A DNA stretch of 64,000 nucleotides from Podarcis vaucheri (Eukaryota), in assembly GCA_965113315.1 (NCBI GenBank), contig OZ220375.1; one strand, 5' to 3'. The number at the start of each line of letters is the position of its first letter. Positions within the stretch are counted from its first letter, which is position 1. Positions 1 through 26,844 of the stretch are shown piece by piece. The notes under the pieces were generated by a model. That model was not told the DNA's origin. It did no database searches and worked only from the letters and a program-made list of their open reading frames with translations. The position numbers and the translations under genes are program-made.

Positions 1-700
1 AGGATGCAACCTCAATCTGTTAGCCGCCATCTATCTGCCAGCTGCCTACAGACACTCACAGGACCTTCACTGCCCTCACTGGCTCTGATTTGAAAGAGAG
101 GTAGAGCTGGGTATCATCTGCATGCTGGTGGACACCCAGCTCAAACCCCCTGATGATCTCTCCCAGTGGCTTCATGCAGATGTTAAAAACATGAGGAAGA
201 GGACGGATCCTTGAGGCACCCCACAAGTGAGAGCCCAGGGGTCCAAACACTCATCCCCCAACACCACTTTCTGGACACAGCCCAGGAGGAAGGAGCAGAA
301 CCACTGCGTAAGTGCTCTCAGCTCCTCTAGACGGTCCCGAAAGATGTCATGCTTGATGGTATCAAAGGCCGCTGAGAGATTCAGCAGAACTAGGAAACAG
401 TTTTCAGATCTGTCCCTAAACCCACTGGACCAAGGAAGTTTCAGTCCCATGATGAGGCTTCAATCCCGATTGGAAGGGATCCAAATGGTCCACATCCTCC
501 AGGCGTGCTTGGAGTTGTTAGCAACCACCTGCTCAATCACCTTGCCCAAGAATGGAAGATTTGAGACTAGGCAATAGTTGGCCATATTGGCTGGGTCCAA
601 AGATGAAGCGCCTCTTTCAGCGGGTCTGGGAAAGCTCCCTCAGAGAGGGAAGCATTCACCACCCTGCAGAGCCCATTGCCCAGCCCTTCCTGTTTGTTTC
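1..700 (-). mobile_element. Degenerate L2-clade LINE reverse-transcriptase fragment in an SRCAP intron
   Basis: Frameshifted RT motifs LLNLSAAFDTIKH, GVPQGSVL and HADDTQLYLSF in minus ORFs 56-250 and 172-450; right end approximate. Confidence 0.85.
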
Positions 701-790
701 TATAAGCCAGGATGGGCAAGGATCAAGGAGACAGGTGGTCGGTTTCACTTGTCCAAGCAGCCTGTCCACATCCTTGGAGGCAGCTTCCTA

Positions 791-17224
<16,434 letters not shown>

Positions 17225-18485
17225 TTTAGTTCTCTCTTGCTCTTTGCCTCTCGTCCCAACAGCTTCGTTTGCGGTTGTAGTGCTGGCTTCCTGCTCCAGT
17301 GCATGCTCGGAACCGGCCTCATTCTGGTCAGCCAGCCACTGGGACGAGCCGTCCAGCTCCTGGGTTCCTTGGCAGCCCAGCCTGCGCTCGGGACTGCCTG
17401 TCTCAGAATTATCTAGAGATTCATGAAGAGGAATCAGTCGCAATGTGATCAGAGCCAGACTGAAAAGAACTGAAAGACACCCACTCAAGAACAAGCTAAA
17501 GGAAGATTTTCAGAGGAAGTGAAATTAAACGTCAAAATGACATTAGCATGCCCTCTGCCTACAATTTTACTTTCCTTTAACACAAAGTAAAGCACTAAAA
17601 ATTAAAGGAGGAAAGTAATGCACCTTAAAAGCAGCTATTAACTAAAGAGCATAAATGTAAACCAAACAGTTCCCAGCTGATCAAATCTCATTTCTCACTA
17701 GGTTTTTTTTCAAAAAAGAAGCTGTGAGTATAAACATGATTTGATTAATGATTACAGTGAAGGGAGGAGGGGTTCTTTTTTCCTTTTTTGTTGCTGTTGC
17801 CAAAATCAGGGGAGCCCCAGAAAAATTTGCTTGGGAGCCGGATCAGGCCCCCCCAAACTGGGGGTTAGCCTCTCCCAATTTACGATATACAAGAGATCTG
17901 GTGGCAGAACCCAGTAGAAAATTAATATATCCAACACAGTAGCTATCAAAAACACAAAAGCATTAAAAAATCGCCGTTGCTAAGTTTGTACACACAAGCA
18001 AACATTTTCTGTTACAGAATAAATGTTTGGGTAATGTAAAAAAATGTTTTCTCTCAAAGTTTGCATTTAAAACTTTAATATTTAGACACAAAAGATGTAA
18101 ACCCTGCCTACAAGTAGAGGATTCCCCTCTCTTTCTCCACTGGATACATATTCTACTGTTTAGTACTAAATGCCTAGACTTTCCAAAAATTTCCAGGGGA
18201 GCTACGAACAGATACTGTAAATTTTATTTCATTCCTTTGAGCTGCTTTTTATATCCCTCCATCATATCTCAACAAGCAAATTAAGTTTAGTTGTGGCCAA
18301 GCCAGATTCCAGTACATAATAAATTCTGGCCCATCAATACAGATGTTTGTGACAGAAAAAGCATTTTGAAAAGAAAATAAATCCAACACTGAGCTCAGAA
18401 AAACAGCCAAAGATTTAGATTTGCTTGATGTTCCTGCTTAAAACCCTGTTGCCAATTCCCCAATGGTATTCAGTTTCACCTGTAC

Positions 18486-18559
18486 CTGCGTGAGCTGCGA
18501 ACTCCTCTTGCTTGTCAGGCTGAACTTCCAGGGTTTCGCTTTCCTGGGGAATACTACAC
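18486..18559 (-). other. SRCAP: SRCAP 74-nt exon (5'-UTR in canonical form; codes RCSIPQESETLEVQPDKQEEFAAHA in long form)
   Basis: Acceptor tcttttttcag, donor GCAG|GTACAG (alternative CAG|GTGAAA at 18480). Confidence 0.75.
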
Positions 18560-18703
18560 CTGAAAAAAGATGGAACCGTTAGTCCAGAGAACATTTTGTG
18601 TGCGCGCGCGTGTGGTAGATGCACAGCAACCTATTCCTTTAGGTAAGGATCACTCAAACTTGCTCTTGGGACCCTGAACGACTCTGCCAAAGGGTAGATC
18701 AAA

Positions 18704-18838
18704 CCCTGTCTCTCTTTTATTGTTACGCAGACAGCATGGGAATAGCCTGCCCACGGGTTGCGGTGGAGAGTTTTACTGTACGCACCAGCTACCAAATTCA
18801 AGCCTATGAAAAGAGGCAGGAACCTGTTTGGGGTGCGG
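18704..18838 (-). ncRNA. SNORA30: Intronic box H/ACA snoRNA, SNORA30/SNORA37 family
   Basis: Hairpin 1 CGCACC/GGTGCG with ATTTGGTAGCTGGTGC as recalled for SNORA30; H box ACAGTA at 18779-18774; hairpin 2 CTCTC/GAGAG; ACA at 18709-18707 plus 3 nt; SRCAP is the known SNORA30 host. Confidence 0.85.
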
Positions 18839-19293
18839 TTTGGTGAACCACTAGAATTATCTCACTTTCCCATCCACTTTACGGATTCTGAGTTGTCTAG
18901 CAGTGTCCTTTTCACTCACTCCCATGCCTAGGTATCCAGAGCCCAAAATCTTCTCAGTATCTGGGGCGACCAGGCTAGATGAGTGGAGTATAAATAATAA
19001 ATTATTTTTATTTTGCTTCCTATGTACCCACCTTTGCTTCAGAAGCGTCAATATTCTGCACGTCACCCTCATATCATTATCCCAGGGAAGTTTACTTCCC
19101 TTCTTGGCTTCATTCTTTTGAGAGAGATCTACAACCCATTCATCCTGCAAGCTGAGATTTTGCAACTCAACTCTATTGCTATAGCGTCCTATTAACTCTC
19201 TGCTTCTATAGCTCAATTTTGTCCCTAGCTCATAAATAACCCACTATCTCCCAAACCTTTTGTTCCTTCCCTCTCACTCCACACTTAACCCAG

Positions 19294-22200
19294 TTACCTT
19301 GTAATTCTACCTCCCTGGCCTGACCCTGCTGGCTCCATATCCTGCTTCAGCCTCTCAGCCAGCCCCTGCCCTTCTACTTCCAATCCTGACACAGCCTCAC
19401 CCTCCACATGCTGTGCCAGCCTCAGCGCCCTCTGTTCAACCTGCCCCAGAATGGAACTAGTCTTAAGAAAACTCAATGGAATAGTATCAATGGGACTTTC
19501 AGCCACCTTCACTCCCTTCACATGCAAACCAGCTGGGCCTTCGCCCCACATTGCCCGCCTCATGGCATTGTACCTTTTAATTGCAATTCCCATTACCCCA
19601 TCCCGCCAATCTTTCAACTCTTGCTTTCCTGTTAAGAGGCCTGGACTTCGTCTCTCTGCCATAGAGTCAGGACTGTTTGCTTTTGAGCCACGAACTGTTA
19701 CAGAGAGTCGAGACACTGTCTGCTTAGATCCCAACACGTCCTTCAGCCAGTGTACGTTGGCTGATTGGCTTGTAAGCCCATACACCCTTCTTCCCATCCC
19801 AGACACTGGTGGCTCAGGACTTGGTCCTGCTGACTTTACTGCTCCCTGACCTGTCACCATCATGTTTATTCGTTCTTTTATTCCAGCCCGCAATGGCCCT
19901 AAAGCAAGTCCATGCCCAGACCCAAGGCCTGCAGTCCAACCAGAACCTGGTCGTATTGTCGAATAATCTTGTGTCAGTGGCCTACCAAGCCATGGCAAGT
20001 ACATTCCTTCTGGATGTTGCCTTGCTCTGTCATCAACATCCTTGGCCAGTATCTCCAACTCCTTAACTATCTGTTCCTGCCTCGGTGGTTCTGCTGGGGT
20101 CTGATCAGATCCCTTTCCTGCCTCCTCCATCACAGGAACCTGCTGAAAGCTCTCTATCCTGTTATCTGCCTCAGAGAAACATGACATCCCTTCCCGTCCA
20201 ATTCTGTACCCCATCATAACCACCGGCTCACCTACCTTAACCCTAATTGCACGAGACCTCAATTCAGCTGATCGTGTCTCCCTCTGATCTAATTCACCCT
20301 TTCCCAGTTGCGTACGAGCCTCCTTAATCATTCCCTTTTGCTGAGCCATTGCTGTTAAACTGGTCACAATCAACCCTGGAGCCCTGTGCTCCAGCACTCC
20401 ACGACGGAATCCACATGAGCGTGTTGCCCCTTGATGTGGTACCAGTATTGGCCCTTGCCGTAATCCTGCCAACCCTGAAATTATTTTCCCCTTCAACTTG
20501 CGACGTTCCTCTTGACTTCCTATGGCAGTGCGCTGTGACAAATGTGATGACAGCACTGAGGAACCTGATTTATTCAATTCAGCCACCTTCAGGCTTGGTT
20601 CCACTTGACCTTGGGCCAGGTTCGTATCAGATGCCAACCAGGTGACTCTGGTATCTTCTATCCCCTCCCTGGAAGGCACGCCTGCCACCTCCTGAGTTGG
20701 TCCTCCCAACTGTTCTTCTAATTCTGGGCTCCAAACTAATGTCTTCTCCTGAGAGGGTACCTTTCTTCCCATAGTACCTTGATGCTGCTCAGTCAACGCA
20801 ATCTCACCTACACTTGTAACCTCCACTACTGGTCCCTGAAATGGTTCCACCAGCACCTTAGTATCACTCTGATCCCTGAATAATGCCTCTCTTATTTCTC
20901 GAGACTCCTCCCTAGTAACCCTCTCAGTTGAACCCAACTGCTTGGCTTCTCCCTGATCAAGTCCTACTTGCTCTTTTGTCTCCCTTTGTTCTGGTTCTGC
21001 TAGCTCTCCAACTTTCTCCTGACTAGTTCCTAGTTTCACCTCTTCTCCAGGCCCCATCTCCTGACTTTGCACAAGTTCTTCCTCCAGGCCTCCAGTTTCT
21101 TCTTGTGCTCCAGCTACTCTCACTGGTGCTCCCACTGCCTCCTCCCTTCCTTCTTCCTGACCCACTGCACTCATCTTTTCTGTTTCCCTCTGAGCTGCTC
21201 CTATCACTTGCTCAGCCACATCAAGAGCCACGTGTATCATATCCTCCTTGACAGTCGCCTCCTCAGTCTCTACCTGACTTGTCACTACTGAACCCTCCCC
21301 CTCAATAAATGCTACATCTCTCTTTGAAGTTGCCACCTCTGCCTCCCTCTTATCTTCCCCTTCCTGCACTGTGGCTACCATACTGCCAATCTCACCCTGA
21401 CTTATCCCAGCCAAATCCTCAACTTGCTTTTGATCTTCTACTGATTCCACATCTTTCTCCGCAGCCACCTCTTCTGCCTGCTTTTCATCTATTCTTGGTG
21501 ATCCCTGATCCAATATTGATGACATACTTTCTTTTTCAGTCTCACCCTCAACTTCTCCCTGACTTGCCACCACCAAATGCTCAGCCTTCTCCTCAGCTGC
21601 ACCTGCCTCTCCCTCAGCAATCACCAACTCTGACCCCCTCAGATCTTCTTGTAGGACTTCAGCTTTAACTTGATACATTGATGGTGCCACCTCCTCTGCT
21701 TCTCCCCTGCTTGACTTCACCAAGTCTTCAACTTCCCCCCAACCCTCTGATGATGCCAAATCTCCTTCCACAATCATGCTTTCAGCCTCTCTCTGATCTA
21801 CTCCAGATACCCTGTCTTCCCTTTCAATTTCCTCACCAAGTCCCTCCTCACCTGGTCCAACTGTCATCTCCGCCTCCCTCTTACCCAAAACTGGTTCCTC
21901 CTCTCCAGTCAACACCTCAATTTCCCCCTGACCTAGTCCTACCAACTCCTCCTCACCCCTTGCCAATATTGCATCTTCCTCTGCAGTCACTTCTTCTAGC
22001 TCTCTCTCATTTACATCTGGCACCTTCTCAGTTTCCTCATAGTCAATTGCAGGTGCCACATCCTCTTCCTTTCCAGTGACCTCTAGGATCTCCCCTTGAC
22101 CCAGTCCTGACAACTCCTCCATTTCTCCATGATTATCTGTTGATTCGCCTTCTTTGTCACTCTCTCCCACCTCCACTGACTCTGGCATCTTTTCAGCCTC

Positions 22201-22998
22201 CCCCACTGCCTCATCTTCCCTAACAGTTGCCTCAGCTTCCCTCTCTTCCAGTTCCATCAACTTTTCCTGTTCATCTCCCTTTTCAACCCCCTCTCCAGAA
22301 TCTACACGGTCCTCTTCTACCAAATCCTCTTCTTTCCCATGGTCTGGCCCTGCCACCTCCTCAGTCCAATTTCCCCCCATTTCTAGAACCATTTCACCCT
22401 CTCCAAGCAGTGCTTCTTCCTCAGGAACAAATTCCTGAGTCTCCTGCTGATCCATTCCTTTTCCAGTCTTCCCCTCAGCTTCCCTCTCGTCTGGGCTCCC
22501 AAAAACACTGGTTTCCTCCTGATTTGGTTCTCTTGCCTCTTCAACTTCTTCTTTCTCTCTATTACTCTTAAGCTGAAGTTCCTCAAGAATCACTGTCTCC
22601 AACTCTTCTGCTTTTCTCAGATCTGGTTCAATAATTTCCTCAGCCTCTTCCCCAGACATTCCTAATGCCACTTCTCTTTTCAGTGCATCCTCAGCCACCC
22701 CCCTATCCAGTTCTGCTAAGGGTCCAAATGTATCCAGGTCTGGTTCCATGAACTCTCCAGTAGCTGGTGCCTCATGTTCTTTTTCAGCCTCCTCTTCTGC
22801 CTCCCCCTGACTTGCCCCCAACGAGTCCTCAACCTTCCCCTCACTTGTCTCTGAGTCTTTAGCCTCTCCCTGTCCCACACCTATCTCTGGAAGCAATCCA
22901 GATATCTTCCTCTCTGCCTCATTGGGAGGTCCTTCCACTACAGCCTCCTCTCCCTTCCTTTCATCCTGAGCTTCAGCCTGCCCCTCCTCAGGCTCCAT
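19294..22998 (-). CDS. Giant Glu-rich ORF/exon in SRCAP intron 1 (1,234 aa unspliced; candidate alternative N-terminal exon of SRCAP)
   Basis: 3.7 kb stop-free, strong Kozak gtcATGG with in-frame TGA upstream at 23016, donor AAG|GTAACT at 19298 in phase with downstream SRCAP exons. Confidence 0.8.
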   Translation of the reverse strand: MEPEEGQAEAQDERKGEEAVVEGPPNEAERKISGLLPEIGVGQGEAKDSETSEGKVEDSLGASQGEAEEEAEKEHEAPATGEFMEPDLDTFGPLAELDRGVAEDALKREVALGMSGEEAEEIIEPDLRKAEELETVILEELQLKSNREKEEVEEAREPNQEETSVFGSPDEREAEGKTGKGMDQQETQEFVPEEEALLGEGEMVLEMGGNWTEEVAGPDHGKEEDLVEEDRVDSGEGVEKGDEQEKLMELEEREAEATVREDEAVGEAEKMPESVEVGESDKEGESTDNHGEMEELSGLGQGEILEVTGKEEDVAPAIDYEETEKVPDVNERELEEVTAEEDAILARGEEELVGLGQGEIEVLTGEEEPVLGKREAEMTVGPGEEGLGEEIEREDRVSGVDQREAESMIVEGDLASSEGWGEVEDLVKSSRGEAEEVAPSMYQVKAEVLQEDLRGSELVIAEGEAGAAEEKAEHLVVASQGEVEGETEKESMSSILDQGSPRIDEKQAEEVAAEKDVESVEDQKQVEDLAGISQGEIGSMVATVQEGEDKREAEVATSKRDVAFIEGEGSVVTSQVETEEATVKEDMIHVALDVAEQVIGAAQRETEKMSAVGQEEGREEAVGAPVRVAGAQEETGGLEEELVQSQEMGPGEEVKLGTSQEKVGELAEPEQRETKEQVGLDQGEAKQLGSTERVTREESREIREALFRDQSDTKVLVEPFQGPVVEVTSVGEIALTEQHQGTMGRKVPSQEKTLVWSPELEEQLGGPTQEVAGVPSREGIEDTRVTWLASDTNLAQGQVEPSLKVAELNKSGSSVLSSHLSQRTAIGSQEERRKLKGKIISGLAGLRQGPILVPHQGATRSCGFRRGVLEHRAPGLIVTSLTAMAQQKGMIKEARTQLGKGELDQRETRSAELRSRAIRVKVGEPVVMMGYRIGREGMSCFSEADNRIESFQQVPVMEEAGKGSDQTPAEPPRQEQIVKELEILAKDVDDRARQHPEGMYLPWLGRPLTQDYSTIRPGSGWTAGLGSGHGLALGPLRAGIKERINMMVTGQGAVKSAGPSPEPPVSGMGRRVYGLTSQSANVHWLKDVLGSKQTVSRLSVTVRGSKANSPDSMAERRSPGLLTGKQELKDWRDGVMGIAIKRYNAMRRAMWGEGPAGLHVKGVKVAESPIDTIPLSFLKTSSILGQVEQRALRLAQHVEGEAVSGLEVEGQGLAERLKQDMEPAGSGQGGRITR

Positions 22999-23279
22999 GA
23001 CCACATTAACCTTTCACTTATTTCTGGTCTGGTTTCTTGCAAAACTTTGATGGTGCTAAGTAACTGCAACCCACTCCCAACTTTTCAAGTATTATCCCTA
23101 GCCAACCAAACCCTAGAGCTGTACAACTGCTCAAGTTCCAGATGATACCCTAATACCCTTTGAACTTGTCACCCTTTTTCAGAACCCTTGCGCCCCGCTA
23201 AAAATCAATCCTTGTACCCGCAATCCTGCATTTATTCATTCATTGCACCCTAATCGCAAGCGATTCCCCCTCTGACGCC

Positions 23280-24800
23280 TAGTTTCTTTCTTTTTCAGCA
23301 CAAGTTCGATGCCCTTTGATTTCCCCCCCACCCTTTAACCCCTTTGTCACCCTTTCCCTCCCACCTTTTCCCTTTGACCCCTTGACCCCGCCCCGGTTTT
23401 CCCCAAAACCCTCCCTCCCTCCCTCGCCCTCCCTCCCTAGTCCCCGAGAATCCCCGCTCGCCCCTCCCCCACCCGCTGAGGAGTAGGCGGCCGTTGGTTG
23501 GTCGGTTTCGCGGCGCGCGAGGAAACGAGGTGACGGGGGGGAGGAGGAGGGCGATAGGTGAAGTAATAATAGGCCAGCATTGAGAGCGGCCGTTGGCTGG
23601 GTAAGCGCGTGCGGCTCCCACATTGGCTCCTTTCTCTTATTTCCCGCCCCGCCACACTCCATTAGTGCGCCCTCTATAGGCAGGGGAGGGAAATGACCGA
23701 CGGGAGAGAGGAAGGGACTGGGGAGGTAAAAGGCCGCGCGCGCGCGCGACCACCGGCAACCAGGCACACGCGCGCGCTCTTATCTGTTTCCTCACTTTTC
23801 CCTCCCGACTCGAAGCAGAGACTTGCACCCTTCCAGGGAGGTGGGTGTGAGCGAGAGGAGTAGAGCCCCGGCCGGTCCGCCATCTTACCTGGGTGGGAGG
23901 GGGGAGGAGTGAGGAGGGAGGGGAGGCGCCTCCTGCCCCGCCTCCTCCTGCCGCCGCCTCAGCCCCAGCGCCGCCGCCTCGGCCGGAGAGAATCCGCCGC
24001 CATCCGCGGCCCCCAGGCCTCTCCCGTGCGACTTCTCCCTTTGCGCGGCCTTCGCCGGTGCTCCTCGGCACGTCGCCCACCCCTCCCACCCGGATGCTGA
24101 TCCCTAACCAGGCCCCGCCGAGCCAGACCCGACCCGCCGCGGCAAAATGGCGGCCGCCACCACCAAGCGCCAGGGCCAGCCCCTCCCTCCTCCCACCGCT
24201 CCCTCCACCCGCCGGCCTCGGCGCTCAAGTCTCGCGAGAGCTCGGGTAACGCGAAGGAGGGTGTGCGTGCGCGGAGAAAGAGAAAAGAAACTCAAACCCA
24301 AAGTGTCTCACAGGCACGTCACGAGGGAGGACGGCGTCCCGGCGAGAGGCCGGGGGCCAGAAGGATTGCGGAAGACGGCGCTCAATCAGATAGAGCGGGA
24401 TGCGGGACTGCGAGCCCGCGGGGCGAGGGAAAGGCCATCGCGAGTGAAGGGCATGCTGGGAAATGGAGTCCTGGGGGATGCTGGGGGTTGGAGTCTCCCT
24501 CTCTCTTTCGGACGGAGGGAGGGAGGGAGGACTCGATTTGTCTTTCCTCAAAATTTCTTCCAATTGTTCGCTGGGCGGGCTGGCGCGACTATTCGAAGGT
24601 GCTCAAAACAAGATGCACAGCGCGCTTATGAATGAGAAGAGGCAGCTTTGGCTCGTGAAAACATGCACTTCCACTAGGACTCGCAGATACTTCGGATGCG
24701 ACTTTGAAAGTCAGGAAAGTTTCAATGAATATCGTTTACAAGGGAGGGTGCTCGCACCGTCGCGCGAAACGAGGTTGACAAGGCGTTGACAACATTTCGA
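23280..24800. promoter_or_regulatory. SRCAP CpG-island promoter
   Basis: CpG-dense; YY1-type AAAATGGCGGC at 24144-24154, TCTCGCGAGA (BANP/ZBTB33-type) at 24230-24239, CCGCCATCTT overlapping the exon-1 donor. Confidence 0.85.
23889..24200 (-). other. SRCAP: SRCAP non-coding exon 1 (TSS approximate)
   Basis: Consensus donor CAG|GTAAGA at 23889 within the CpG island. Confidence 0.7.
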
Positions 24801-25449
24801 GCTCATTTCAAAACTTCCAGTGCACTGATTTTACAGGTGATAAATCTGCATTGGGAACTCCAGAGCTTCAATGAGTTTTGAGTTTGAAATCCTGATTTCT
24901 CCAAAGGGAACCAATTCCAAATTTTGACGTTAGATGCAAAAGTGGGCCTGGCTAACTTGGCAAAGGAAAGGGAAAGAACTCATTGGCACTTAAAGCAAAT
25001 ATGAAAGTTATTTCAAAACCAGTATTTTCATTTTAGATGTAGCATAGACCTTTTCATGTTCATGTGGTCGAGGCCATAATCCTACACACACAGTTAGCAG
25101 TAAACCCTATTGAGCTTAATAGATGTTACTTTTGAATAAACATTTTAGGTTCATGCTAAAGCCTTCAGCTACCTGCTTATAAATTCATTTTTACCTGCTC
25201 TTAATTATGTTTTTATTACCATATTTATTGCTTTGATAACTATAAGTCATAGTTAATTTCTAAATAAAATAAGGGGATGACGTTTACAAATATTTGCTCT
25301 TCACTTCCATTCTAGATGATGCTTCAGGATTGGGCCTGTCCAACAAATATAAAACAATGGGGACAGAGAGAGACTGTATAATGCAATGTCTACTTGACTT
25401 AATATGTGAGAGGCCTATATTCAAGTCCTATTTCTGTCATTGACTAATT

Positions 25450-25963
25450 CAGTGTTTCCCAACCGGTGTTCCGCGGCACACTAGTGTGCCGTGAGACACC
25501 GGCTGGTGTGCCGTGGGAGGGAGGCGGGCGAGTCGGGTGGCGAGAGGCGGCGGCGGCGAGGATCCGCGTCGAGCCGGGGGCGGCTCCGCGGTGCTGGTGC
25601 CGAGCGGCGGGGCAGCGCGCGCAAAAGGGAGGAGCGCGAGACAGCGGAGGAGGAGGAGGCCGGCATGTCCGGGCAGCAACAGCAGCAGCAGCAACTCCCG
25701 GCGACGGCTCCTCCTCCGCCCGCTATCGCCGCCACCACCACAACAGCCGCCGCCGCCTCAGCTGCCGCCGTCCCTCAATCCCTCGCTCTGCTGCCTCCTC
25801 CCACCCCGGCAAGGGGAAGGGAAAAAACGTTCACTTTTGTGCGTCCCTCCCGGCGTGACGCTGCGCGCTGACGTCACGGGGCGGGGCTTTAATGGTGGTG
25901 TGCCGCAAGATTTTTTCCCGGTAAACAGGTGTGCCGTTGCCCAAAAACGTTTGGGAAACACTG
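25450..25963. mobile_element. Non-autonomous hAT element, 514 bp, GC/CpG-rich interior
   Basis: TIR CAGTGTTTCCCAA, perfect 8-bp TSD GACTAATT (25442-25449 and 25964-25971). Confidence 0.92.
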
Positions 25964-26505
25964 GACTAATTGGCTGCAGTGGAAAAAACAAATACTAACG
26001 GCTAGCTAGGACACCCACCCACTTATTCTAAGGATAAACAAGTTAATGCTGCAGTCCTAAACACACAGGGATTTTGAGCAAAATTGTAGCTATATCGAGT
26101 ACTAGCATCTTTGATCAAGCCAATTTATTGTGAATATATGGCAACTTTAAATTTATTTAAACCACTATGTTGTGTAGCAGGAAGAGCTAACCTGCAGCCC
26201 ACATGATGTATCCAGCCCCCTCCCCAAGATTCCTCTGTATTTGTCATTTTTAAATTGTAAAAAAAAAAACATTTTTGTTAACTGCTTCCATAGGTCCCAC
26301 TGTCATAAGTGATGATGATAGAGAGTGTCCATCCGTAATCACCCCCCCCCCAAGATATTATAAAGGATGCATGAATCCATGGAAGTTTTGGACTTCTGGA
26401 TTGGAGTGCAGCTTGGTAAGTTTGTATGTGTGCGCTGTTTTAAAAAAAAACTGATAACCATACAATGTTGCCTTATATTTAAGTCAAACTATAGGTCTAG
26501 CATGA

Positions 26506-26844
26506 GGGACGTGGGTGGCGCTGTGGGTTAAACCACAGAGCCTAGGACTTGCTGATCAGAAGGTCGGCGGTTTGAATCGCCGCAACAAGGTGAGCTCCCA
26601 TTGCTCGGTCCCCGCTCCTGCCCACCTAGCAGTTCGAAAGCACGTCAAAGTGTAAGTAGATAAATAGGTACCACTCCGGCGGAAAAGTAAACCGTGTTTC
26701 CATGCGCTGCTCTGGTTCGCCAGAAGCGGCTTGGTCATGCTGGCCTCATGACCCAGAAGCTCCCTCGGCCAATAAAGCGAGATGAGCACCGCAACCCCAG
26801 AGTCGGCCACGAAAGGACCTAATGGTCAGGGGTCCCTTTACCTT
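26506..26844 (+). mobile_element. Sauria SINE, full length
   Basis: GGGACGTGGGTGGCGCTGTGG head, CCTTTACCTTT tail, 16-bp TSD TATAGGTCTAGCATGA. Confidence 0.92.

Noticed and set aside
23279-25998. Many overlapping 100-160 aa ORFs
   Set aside because: Expected stop-codon scarcity in the CpG island and the GC-rich hAT interior; low-complexity translations
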